32,000 nucleotides of DNA from Pseudodesulfovibrio piezophilus C1TLV30. Its GTDB lineage: Bacteria > Desulfobacterota > Desulfovibrionia > Desulfovibrionales > Desulfovibrionaceae. Below the pieces are notes generated by a model that was not told the DNA's origin, made no database searches, and worked only from the letters and a program-made list of their open reading frames with translations. Positions 1-7,598 of the stretch are shown piece after piece. Position 1 is the first letter of the stretch. The number at the start of each line of letters is the position of its first letter. The stretch lies in assembly GCF_000341895.1 (NCBI RefSeq), contig NC_020409.1, positions 2,280,001 through 2,312,000 on the forward strand, in the 5' to 3' direction. A program made the position numbers and the translations under genes.

Positions 1-103
1 GATCGGACAACGTTGTTACGTTGTACCCTTCATCCTCCAGAATGGATTCCAGAATGAGCAGATAGTTTTTCTCGTCATCGAGAACCAGTATATTCGCGGG
101 CAT
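1..103 (-). CDS. response regulator, N-terminus of the receiver domain (partial; the gene continues past the left edge)
   Basis: Reverse-strand ATG at 103-101. Translation is MPANILVLDDEKNYLLILESILEDEGYNVTTLSD, a typical CheY-like receiver start (hydrophobic beta1 followed by a DD acidic pair). It is open to the window edge. Confidence 0.6.
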   Translation of the reverse strand, partial: MPANILVLDDEKNYLLILESILEDEGYNVTTLSD

Positions 104-149
104 GCTTTCCAGCCTTGGTTGTCATTTCACGGGCACGAAGGGTGCCCGA

Positions 150-325
150 CCGTCAGGCAGGATAGAACAAGACGGCCTGAAAACCAAGTCTGGATATCGT
201 GGGACAGTGTTCCGCCGAGACTTCAAAGCCTCTCGGGATGGAAGCCCAACGATTCTTTCCCTGATAACCGGAAACGAACCAGCCGGAGAACCGCCCACGC
301 GGTTACGCTGGATTGTCCTGCAGCG
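150..325 (+). ncRNA. ssrS: candidate 6S RNA (boundaries approximate)
   Basis: The 229-nt non-coding gap directly upstream of the 5-FTHF cyclo-ligase gene folds by hand into one long irregular hairpin. Closing stem: 157-162 GCAGGA with 316-321 TCCTGC. Second stem: 173-176 CGGC with 282-285 GCCG. Central bubble: 177-188 CUGAAAACCAAG opposite 273-281 AACGAACCA. Apical-side helix: 189-204 with 258-272, about 13 pairs. Further apical stems: 210-213 with 240-243, and 215-220 CCGAGA with 231-236 UCUCGG. The 3' bubble strand can form its own hairpin (CCGG..GAACCA..CCGG), as in E. coli 6S. ssrS-ygfA synteny is established in proteobacteria. No covariance-model search was run. Confidence 0.4.
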
Positions 326-332
326 CCGTGCT

Positions 333-926
333 ATGCTCATCAGCATGGTTGATGTCGATAAAAAAGAACTCCGCAAGAAGCTCCTGACCAAAAGAAGCTC
401 TCTGCCGCAGAAAACGATCCTTGACGCAAGCAACGCGGCCATGGAACTGCTTCGGCAGATTCCCGAGTGGAAAACAGCCAGGGAAATTCTGGTCTACTGG
501 CCTATCCGGGGAGAGCTTGACGTGCGGCCTCTTATCACGGAACTCTGGCAGCGTCAGGTTTCTGTGCTGATGCCGCGCTGTCGCCCTGATGCGTACGGAG
601 AAATGGACCTGGCCTGTGCTTCCTGTGAAGACGACCTGACCCCCGGTCCCTTTTCGATCATGGAACCCGATGCCCACAAATGCCCGTCTGTGCAGGAATG
701 CAGCCCTGATCTGGCCATTATCCCCGGAGTCTGTTTTGATCGGCGCGGCTATCGACTCGGTTTCGGCGGCGGCTATTACGATCGTCTGCTGGCCACACCC
801 GACATGCAGCTCGCGCTTAAAATCGGCGTCGGCTATACCTTTCAACTTATTGAAGAATTGCCAATCCAACCCTGGGACATGCCTGTAGACATTGTCTGTA
901 CCGAAGAGGAATTATGGCGTCCATAG
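333..926 (+). CDS. ygfA: 5-formyltetrahydrofolate cyclo-ligase (MTHFS)
   Basis: Has the LRKKLLTKRSSL N-terminal helix, ILVYWPIRGELD, and the C-terminal GYRLGFGGGYYDR motif typical of the family. ATG at 333 (alternative ATG at 345). I treat the in-frame ORF extension back to 102 as non-coding. Confidence 0.85.
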   Translation: MLISMVDVDKKELRKKLLTKRSSLPQKTILDASNAAMELLRQIPEWKTAREILVYWPIRGELDVRPLITELWQRQVSVLMPRCRPDAYGEMDLACASCEDDLTPGPFSIMEPDAHKCPSVQECSPDLAIIPGVCFDRRGYRLGFGGGYYDRLLATPDMQLALKIGVGYTFQLIEELPIQPWDMPVDIVCTEEELWRP

Positions 927-1678
927 CTTTTTTCCCCTTTGAATTCCTGGGCATTCCTTCGGTCCAGTGCGCCTTCACCTCCCGTCGGGGCGGGGTTTCG
1001 GAACCACCGCACGATTCAGCCAACCTGTCCTTCGAGGTCGGTGACGATGACCATGCCGTCCGCCAAAACAGGCGGATGCTTTTCAAGCGTTTCGAGCTGA
1101 CCGCCTGGTGCGAATGCAGACAGGTCCATGGTGACACCCTGCATGTGGAGCCCTCTCCCATCGCCCCGGAAGACATGGCAACCCTGGAAGGTGATGGTCT
1201 TGCCACTGCTTTGCCCGGCACGGGACTGGTCATCAAGACCGCAGACTGTCAGCCTATCCTGATGGCACATCGTTCAGGCCGGTATGTGGCCGGTCTTCAC
1301 GTCGGATGGCGGGGCAACAAACTCAATTTTCCCAAAACAGGAGTACGGCGATTCTGTGAGACATACGGGCTTGACCCGAAGGATATCTTTGCCGTCCGTG
1401 GCCCCAGCCTCAGCCCAGCGTCTGCGGAATTCATCAATTTCGAGACTGACTTCGGCCCTGCATTCGCTCCTTACTTTGACCCCGACTCCAAACACATGGA
1501 CCTCTGGCGACTGACCCGGGACCAGCTCATGGACGCCGGATTGCCCAGTGAACACATCCATTCCATGGACCTCTGCACCATGGGGCGGGATGACACCTTC
1601 TTCTCACACCGCAAAGCCTGTGCCTCCCCAGCCGGGACAACAGGCCGCCAAGCGGGATTCATCTGGATCAAACCGTAA
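914..1678 (+). CDS. pgeF: peptidoglycan editing factor PgeF / YfiH (DUF152, laccase-domain protein)
   Basis: Contains KTADCQPILMAH and GLHVGWRGN (the His/Cys/His metal-site motifs of the YfiH family) and a C-terminal FFSHRK. The GAGG Shine-Dalgarno lies 5 nt upstream. It overlaps the preceding gene by 13 nt. Confidence 0.85.
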   Translation: MASIAFFPFEFLGIPSVQCAFTSRRGGVSEPPHDSANLSFEVGDDDHAVRQNRRMLFKRFELTAWCECRQVHGDTLHVEPSPIAPEDMATLEGDGLATALPGTGLVIKTADCQPILMAHRSGRYVAGLHVGWRGNKLNFPKTGVRRFCETYGLDPKDIFAVRGPSLSPASAEFINFETDFGPAFAPYFDPDSKHMDLWRLTRDQLMDAGLPSEHIHSMDLCTMGRDDTFFSHRKACASPAGTTGRQAGFIWIKP

Positions 1679-1686
1679 TCGGACAT

Positions 1687-1863
1687 ATGGGCATACTCTT
1701 CAAACTGATCATCATTCTCGGTCTCGTCTTCTTCATCACCGGAATGTTCACCAAGTCCAAAGCCGAACGGATCGAACGGCGCAACAGGACCACGAACATA
1801 CTGCTGGTGGCCATTGTCGTGCTGCTCGCCATTTCCATAGGCCTCAATCTCCTGCATCGGTAG
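1687..1863 (+). CDS. 58-aa predicted two-TM membrane microprotein (below the ORF-track cutoff)
   Basis: ATG at 1687, TAG at 1861-1863. Translation is MGILFKLIIILGLVFFITGMFTKSKAERIERRNRTTNILLVAIVVLLAISIGLNLLHR: two hydrophobic helices separated by a K/R-rich loop. It sits 8 nt after the pgeF stop and 7 nt before the rSAM start. There is no clear Shine-Dalgarno. Confidence 0.5.
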   Translation: MGILFKLIIILGLVFFITGMFTKSKAERIERRNRTTNILLVAIVVLLAISIGLNLLHR

Positions 1864-1870
1864 ACTCGGC

Positions 1871-3232
1871 ATGCGCCGCCTTTCCCATCCACATATCTGT
1901 TGGACCGACAATGACGGTCCCCGCATCCTCGGTATCAACCCATGGATAACCGACTTTGCGGCCTTCAATGTCTGGTCGCGCCCGGTGGGGCTGCTGGCCT
2001 GTCTGGATATGCTCCGAAATGCCGGGGCATCGGTTGCGCTCCTGGACTGCATGGACCGCACATGGGAAGATGTGGCATGGCCGACACCCGGTCAATATGC
2101 CACTGGCCGATATCCCAAGGAAACCCTACCGCTGCCGCCAGCCATGGCTTCCATGGAAAGACGATATTCCCGTTACGGCCTGCCGCATGATCATGTCCGG
2201 CAGGCTTTGGCCGCCCTTGACCCACCGCCGGAAGCGATCCTGGTGACGTCCATCATGACTTATTGGTATCCCGGCTCACTGCATATGCTGGACCTGGCTG
2301 CCGAATTGTGGCCCGATGTTCCCCGCCTCCTTGGCGGCACTTATGCCACTTTGTGCGCAGATCATGCCCGAATCCATGCCGATGCCGACCTGATCATGCA
2401 GGGAAGCATGGAAAAACGGACAAACTGGGACACCCTGTGGAACCTGTTGCACCGCCCCGCCCCACCTCTCCCGGACAATGCGGGATTGGGACTGGCCCTG
2501 GACCTATACAATGAGCCGAACTACGCACCTATCCTCGGTTCCCGAGGCTGCCCCTTCACCTGCGACTACTGCGCAAGTCATGCCTTGTACCCGAAATTCA
2601 CCCAGGGAGAACCGGACCGGATTTTCGCTTCCATCGCATCGGAATACGAACGAGGCGTACGGGACTTCGCTTTTTATGATGATGCCCTGCTGGTCAACCC
2701 GGATCAATGGCTCTGGCCGCTTCTGACCCGTATAACCGAAGCAGGACTGGACCTGCGACTGCATACACCCAACGCCATGCATGTCCGCAGCCTGACCCGT
2801 GATGTCTGCCATCGCCTCAAGCAAGCGGGATTGCACACAGTACGACTGGGGCTGGAAACCACGGATTTCGAGAACCGTCATGATGTGAAGCTGACCGAAC
2901 AGGAGTGGAAGGACGGCGCGAACACGCTGCTGGAAGCCGGATTCGATCTGGACGACATCGGCGTCTACATTCTCTTCGGGCTGCCGAATCAGAATCCTGC
3001 CAATGTGGAAGACGCCATCAGGCACGTCCAGGCCTTTGGCTTTCGCCCTCATCTGGCACACTACACACCCATTCCCGGCAGTCCCATGTTTCATGAAGCG
3101 GTCGCGGCAAGCCCCTACCCTCTGGAGCAGGAACCGCTCTTCCAGAACAACTCCATCTGGCCCTGCGTGCCCGGCGGATTCAACTGGGAAGATGCCCGCC
3201 GCTGGAAATCACTCCTGCACGGAACAGGATAG
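1871..3232 (+). CDS. radical SAM protein with an N-terminal B12-binding-like (Rossmann) domain
   Basis: CxxxCxxC cluster motif in GSRGCPFTCDYCAS. The downstream TIM-barrel-like segments (RLGLETTD, VYILFGLP) are typical of radical SAM enzymes. The N-terminal domain of about 200 aa resembles the cobalamin-binding domain of class B rSAM enzymes. No SPASM Cys cluster is present. Confidence 0.8.
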   Translation: MRRLSHPHICWTDNDGPRILGINPWITDFAAFNVWSRPVGLLACLDMLRNAGASVALLDCMDRTWEDVAWPTPGQYATGRYPKETLPLPPAMASMERRYSRYGLPHDHVRQALAALDPPPEAILVTSIMTYWYPGSLHMLDLAAELWPDVPRLLGGTYATLCADHARIHADADLIMQGSMEKRTNWDTLWNLLHRPAPPLPDNAGLGLALDLYNEPNYAPILGSRGCPFTCDYCASHALYPKFTQGEPDRIFASIASEYERGVRDFAFYDDALLVNPDQWLWPLLTRITEAGLDLRLHTPNAMHVRSLTRDVCHRLKQAGLHTVRLGLETTDFENRHDVKLTEQEWKDGANTLLEAGFDLDDIGVYILFGLPNQNPANVEDAIRHVQAFGFRPHLAHYTPIPGSPMFHEAVAASPYPLEQEPLFQNNSIWPCVPGGFNWEDARRWKSLLHGTG

Positions 3233-3328
3233 ACACCAACTCAGCCTGCTTCCCTGAAAAAGGAGAAAAACCGCGCAAGACGAAACCATTCTACAGACGT
3301 GTCATCAAATGCCGGAAAACCGGACGGA

Positions 3329-4093
3329 TCAGACACCCATGATATTATAGCCTGAATCGACGAAAAGCACGTCTCCCGTGGTACCGGACGACAGGTCCGA
3401 GGCAAGATAAAGGGCTGCCTTGCCCACATCGTCAATGGTGATATTGCGATGCAGGGGCGCTTTTTTCTCAATCGTGTCGAGAATGGTCGAAAAGCCCGAG
3501 ATACCTTTGGCCGCCATGGTCTTGACCGGTCCGGCCGAAATGGAATTAATCCGCACATCCCGTGCTCCCAAATCCACGGACAAATACCGAACGCACGCCT
3601 CAAGGGCCGCTTTGGCAACACCCATGGCATTGTAATTGGCTACAACCTTGCCCGCTCCATAGTAGGAAAGGGTCAGGACTGAACCGCCCGGATTGAGCAT
3701 CTGCTCGTACGCACGACATAAGGCCACCAGCGAGTAGGAAGAGACATCGAGCGCCACGCCGTAGCCTTCTCGGCTGGTATCGATGAACCGCCCCTTGAGA
3801 TCGTCTCGATTGGCATAGGCGATGGAATGGACCAGGATATCCACATCTCCCCATTGGCGACTGACCAGATCAACACCGGACTGAATATCCTGGTCGTCCG
3901 TGACATCGCACTTGAACAGGAATTCACCGCCCAGTTCCTCGCAAAGAGGGTCAAGTCGCCGCTTGATAGGCTCAGCCGCATAGCTGAAGGCGAGTCGTGC
4001 CCCGTGTTCCCTGAATTGCCGCGCTATGCCATAGGCGATGGAACGGTCATTGACCACCCCGAAAACAAGCGCTTTCTTTCCTTTCAGAAGCAT
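3329..4093 (-). CDS. fabI: enoyl-[acyl-carrier-protein] reductase (NADH), FabI
   Basis: MLLKGKKALVFGVVNDRSIAYGIA N-terminus and a YNAMGVAKAALE Tyr/Lys catalytic segment. Length is 254 aa. AAGGAG Shine-Dalgarno upstream. Confidence 0.9.
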   Translation of the reverse strand: MLLKGKKALVFGVVNDRSIAYGIARQFREHGARLAFSYAAEPIKRRLDPLCEELGGEFLFKCDVTDDQDIQSGVDLVSRQWGDVDILVHSIAYANRDDLKGRFIDTSREGYGVALDVSSYSLVALCRAYEQMLNPGGSVLTLSYYGAGKVVANYNAMGVAKAALEACVRYLSVDLGARDVRINSISAGPVKTMAAKGISGFSTILDTIEKKAPLHRNITIDDVGKAALYLASDLSSGTTGDVLFVDSGYNIMGV

Positions 4094-4211
4094 ATGATCT
4101 CCTTGTTCTCAAATGACATCGTAAAAATGCCTGACAATCGTTGCAACATCAACTGTCTTCCGCTACTCTCCCTGCCTGTAACCGACACCACCATCAGAGG
4201 GAGGCTTTATT

Positions 4212-5324
4212 ATGGCATCAAACGTTTATTTCTGGAACCTGCGTGCATCGCACAAGGCTCCGTTTCACACTCGACTGAGGAGCCTGCTCAAGGCTGCTGG
4301 TGTTGATAAAACTATTACCGAAGGCGACCTTGCCGCCATCAAGATCCACTTTGGAGAACAGGGGACCACCGGATTCCTCCGCCCCCTGTGGGTCAAGCCC
4401 ATCGCGGACTTCATCACCGAATTCGGCGGCAAGCCGTTTCTCACCGACGCATCAACCCTGTATGTCGGCCAACGGGGTGAGGCCGTTTCCCACCATCTCT
4501 GTGCAGCACGGCACGGCTGGGACCCTCTCGTGATGGGTGCTCCGGTTATCATCGCCGATGGCCTCAAGGGAAACGAAGAGGCAGCTGTTCCGGTGGGAGG
4601 CAAGCATATAAATGAAGCCTTCATCGCCAAAGGCATCGCCGACGCCGACTTTCTGGTCTCAGTCAATCACTTCAAGGGACACGAATTGGCGGGATACGGC
4701 GGGGCGCTCAAGAATCTCGGCATGGGATGTGCCAGCAAGATGGGAAAAATGCAACAGCACTTCTCCACTGGTCCAGCGGTCGATCCTGACAAATGCGCGG
4801 CCTGCGGTTCCTGTGTCAAGGTCTGCCGAACCGAAGCGCTCTACATTGATGAAGAAACCGGCGTGATCGCACTCAATGCGGAAAAATGTGTGGGCTGTGG
4901 CGGATGTTTTGTGGCCTGCCGTCACAGTGCCTTGCAGGTCAACTGGCAAATCGGCATCCAGGAATTCCTGGAGCGAATGATGGAGTACACGGTGGGCGTT
5001 CTCAAAACCAAAACAAAACCATGCCTGCATGTAAATTTTGTCATGGACGTGGTCCCGGACTGCGATTGCGTCGGATTTACCGATGCCCCCATCTGTCCGG
5101 ATATCGGTATCCTGGTCAGCTTCGACCCCGTGGCCGTGGACCAAGCATCCATGGACCTGGTGGACAATGCCCCGGCTCTGTATCCAAGCCAACTGCCCTT
5201 CGGAGTCCTGCCCGGACAGTCAAAATTCGCAGCCATTCATGAACATGTGCCCGAACACATGGGGCTGGATTACGCCGAAGCCATCGGGCTTGGCTCCAGA
5301 GAATACACCCTGATCAATCTTTAG
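4212..5324 (+). CDS. DUF362 domain protein with an inserted 2x[4Fe-4S] ferredoxin domain
   Basis: N-terminal DUF362-like region (AIKIHFGEQGTTGFLRP, HFKGHELAGYGGALKNLGMG) and two CxxCxxCxxxC motifs (CAACGSCVKVC, CVGCGGCFVAC). GGGAGG Shine-Dalgarno upstream. Confidence 0.75.
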   Translation: MASNVYFWNLRASHKAPFHTRLRSLLKAAGVDKTITEGDLAAIKIHFGEQGTTGFLRPLWVKPIADFITEFGGKPFLTDASTLYVGQRGEAVSHHLCAARHGWDPLVMGAPVIIADGLKGNEEAAVPVGGKHINEAFIAKGIADADFLVSVNHFKGHELAGYGGALKNLGMGCASKMGKMQQHFSTGPAVDPDKCAACGSCVKVCRTEALYIDEETGVIALNAEKCVGCGGCFVACRHSALQVNWQIGIQEFLERMMEYTVGVLKTKTKPCLHVNFVMDVVPDCDCVGFTDAPICPDIGILVSFDPVAVDQASMDLVDNAPALYPSQLPFGVLPGQSKFAAIHEHVPEHMGLDYAEAIGLGSREYTLINL

Positions 5325-5337
5325 CCGCAACAAAAAC

Positions 5338-5362
5338 GGCGAGGCGGAATCCCCGCCTCGCC
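5338..5362 (-). terminator. intrinsic terminator between convergent genes (best orientation: MCP strand)
   Basis: Perfect 10-bp GC-rich stem GGCGAGGCGG / CCGCCTCGCC with a 5-nt loop. On the minus strand it is followed by GTTTTTG. Confidence 0.7.
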
Positions 5363-5369
5363 GCCTCGC

Positions 5370-7412
5370 TTAAAACCGTTCGAATTCTCCATCATCACGA
5401 GTGCCCATATCCAGATCAATCCCCTTGACCCGGCTCTTCGGAAGTTCCTTTCCCCGCTGGGACTGGACTGAGACCGATTTTCCGCCACTCCGGGGACGCG
5501 CGGCCTTTTCCGGTGCGTACCCAAGGTTGAAGAAGCTGATGGATTGGTGCAGCTGCGCTCCTTCCATGGCCAGAGATTCCGATGTAGAAGCAACTTCTTC
5601 AGAAACTGCCGCATTTTGCTGGATGACATTGTCAAGTTGCTGAATCGCCTGGTTGATCTGGTTGACTCCTGCGGTCTGCTCATTACTCGCCGTGGCGATT
5701 TCCTGAATAAGCCGGGCGGTCTGCTGAATGTCCGGGACCAATTGTCCGAGCCGTTCTCCAGCCTCTTGAGCCACCTTGACCGTAGCCGTGGATAACTCGC
5801 TGATTTCTCCCGCCGCATGACCGCTTCGCTCGGCCAGCTTGCGAACTTCGGCCGCAACCACCGCAAATCCCTTGCCATGTTCCCCCGCCCGAGCAGCCTC
5901 GATAGCCGCATTCAACGCCAAAAGATTTGTCTGGCGTGCGATCTCCTCAATGACCGAGATTCTGCTGGCGATGTCAGTCATGGCACTCATGGCCTGAGCG
6001 ACGGACTTGCCACTTTCCTCGGCACTTCGAGCGGCGTGCCGGGCTATCTTTTCCGTCTTGACGGCGTTCTCCGCATTCCCGTGAATATTGGCGGCCATCT
6101 GCTCCATGGAGGAAGAAACCTCCTCGACACTGGCAGCCTGTTCCGTGGCTCCTTGTGACATGCTTTGCGATGATGCGGCCAATTGTTCGCTGCCGGACGC
6201 CACATTCTCCGTGGCGGCCTGCACACCGCCGATGACTGCCTTGAGCTGGTGTGACATACTCCGCAAAGACTCGGCCAGTACGCCGACCTCATCGGCCTGA
6301 TGCACATCAATATCCTGTGTCAGATCGCCCCTGGCGAGCCCCCTTGCCAACACCGTTCCCTTAACAATGGGACCGGTAATGACGCGGGCTATGACCATAA
6401 GGACACCAAAGAGCACAAGAATAGCTCCCAATCCCATAAGTGAAGAAATCCAGGCAAAGGAATCCGCCTGCTCATTGACCTTGTCCATGGGAACGACCAC
6501 AGCCAGGCTCCATGGGGTTGTGGTACGGCCCACGGCAATGGGTTCGAGCGTGATATAGAATTCCTCTCCCGTGTCGGGGGATCGGGTCACGTAGGAGTAT
6601 TCATGCGCGCTCGTGATGGCCCTGAGCACTGCATCTCGATGATCCGAGTCCAGAAATTCCCTGATATTCCTGCCCATCCTATCACCATCAGGATGCGCCA
6701 CGACCATACCGGAGTTGGTGACCAGATACGCATAGCCGGTCCCGAACGGCTTGATCGCATTGACCGCTTTCTGTAAATCGTTGAGATAAAAATCAACCCC
6801 GACGACACCGATATTCCTGCCGTTCTTCTTGACCGGAAATCCAGTGGAAGCGATCCAGAAAGTCTTATCGCCGACCTTCCAGGGGTATGGCTCGGTGATG
6901 GTCTCTCCATTGCCCGCCATGGGGGTTTCAAACCATGCCTGTCCTTCGAGATTTTCCTCACCCACATAGCTGGCCGCTATGGACCCGCCGTCGCGATAAT
7001 ACCAGTTGCGATACGCCCCCTTGTAGGTGTCGCGGTATTCTTCTTCCCGGTCATCAAATCGTCCGCCGGGGAATGTACACCATGCCCCGGCCAGTTCTTC
7101 ATGCCTTTTTAGTGTCTCGACCAGCATGGAATCCAACAGCTCCCTGTCCGGGATGACCTGATAATTGGTTGCCTTCTCAAAGACTGCGCCCAAAGTACGG
7201 GTCACGGCCATGGCCAGACTCATCGTCTTGCCGACTTCCAAACTGTGACTGATGGCTTTTTCCCGTGCCATATCCTCTGCCTGGGACACCGCAAGGCTCC
7301 GGGCTTTCATGGTCATGACAAGCGTACTGGTTGTGAGAATGATCACCACCAGCACGAATGTGGGAATCAATATCTTGAGTCTGAGACTCCAATCTCTGAA
7401 ACGCATTTGCAT
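5370..7412 (-). CDS. methyl-accepting chemotaxis protein (double-Cache sensor, HAMP, MA domain)
   Basis: Domain order is TM1, a periplasmic region of about 290 aa with Cache-like segments, TM2, HAMP, then the signalling hairpin IARQTNLLALNAAIEAARAGEHGKGFAVVAAEVRKLAERS. GAGGA Shine-Dalgarno upstream. Confidence 0.9.
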   Translation of the reverse strand: MQMRFRDWSLRLKILIPTFVLVVIILTTSTLVMTMKARSLAVSQAEDMAREKAISHSLEVGKTMSLAMAVTRTLGAVFEKATNYQVIPDRELLDSMLVETLKRHEELAGAWCTFPGGRFDDREEEYRDTYKGAYRNWYYRDGGSIAASYVGEENLEGQAWFETPMAGNGETITEPYPWKVGDKTFWIASTGFPVKKNGRNIGVVGVDFYLNDLQKAVNAIKPFGTGYAYLVTNSGMVVAHPDGDRMGRNIREFLDSDHRDAVLRAITSAHEYSYVTRSPDTGEEFYITLEPIAVGRTTTPWSLAVVVPMDKVNEQADSFAWISSLMGLGAILVLFGVLMVIARVITGPIVKGTVLARGLARGDLTQDIDVHQADEVGVLAESLRSMSHQLKAVIGGVQAATENVASGSEQLAASSQSMSQGATEQAASVEEVSSSMEQMAANIHGNAENAVKTEKIARHAARSAEESGKSVAQAMSAMTDIASRISVIEEIARQTNLLALNAAIEAARAGEHGKGFAVVAAEVRKLAERSGHAAGEISELSTATVKVAQEAGERLGQLVPDIQQTARLIQEIATASNEQTAGVNQINQAIQQLDNVIQQNAAVSEEVASTSESLAMEGAQLHQSISFFNLGYAPEKAARPRSGGKSVSVQSQRGKELPKSRVKGIDLDMGTRDDGEFERF

Positions 7413-7573
7413 TCTTTATCCTCTGGATAGGTTTGCCGCATTCCCTGAAGGGCCTGCGGCATGATGGTATGGTGTCCGGTCAAGTCCGACGTTAGCCACA
7501 CGAAGAGTACCATTCCATGACAATATCGTGACTATCTGAACAAAATATCAGTCGTTGTGTTCGGTCTGAAGGC

Positions 7574-7598
7574 TGTGGCCCCCTCCGGAGCGGCCACA
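7574..7598 (-). other. stem-loop immediately after the HD-GYP stop codon
   Basis: TGTGGCC ... GGCCACA 7-bp stem, with inner CTCC/GGAG pairing possible. No T-run follows on either strand, so it may be an attenuating or processing structure rather than a full terminator. Confidence 0.35.

Noticed and set aside
102-332. In-frame N-terminal extension of the 5-FTHF cyclo-ligase ORF (77 extra residues).
   Set aside because: The extension (MLSSLGCHFTGTKGARPSGRIEQDG...) has no resemblance to the family, which normally starts near the LRKKLL helix at 333/345. It would also overlap the divergent response-regulator start. The region is better explained as promoter plus structured RNA.
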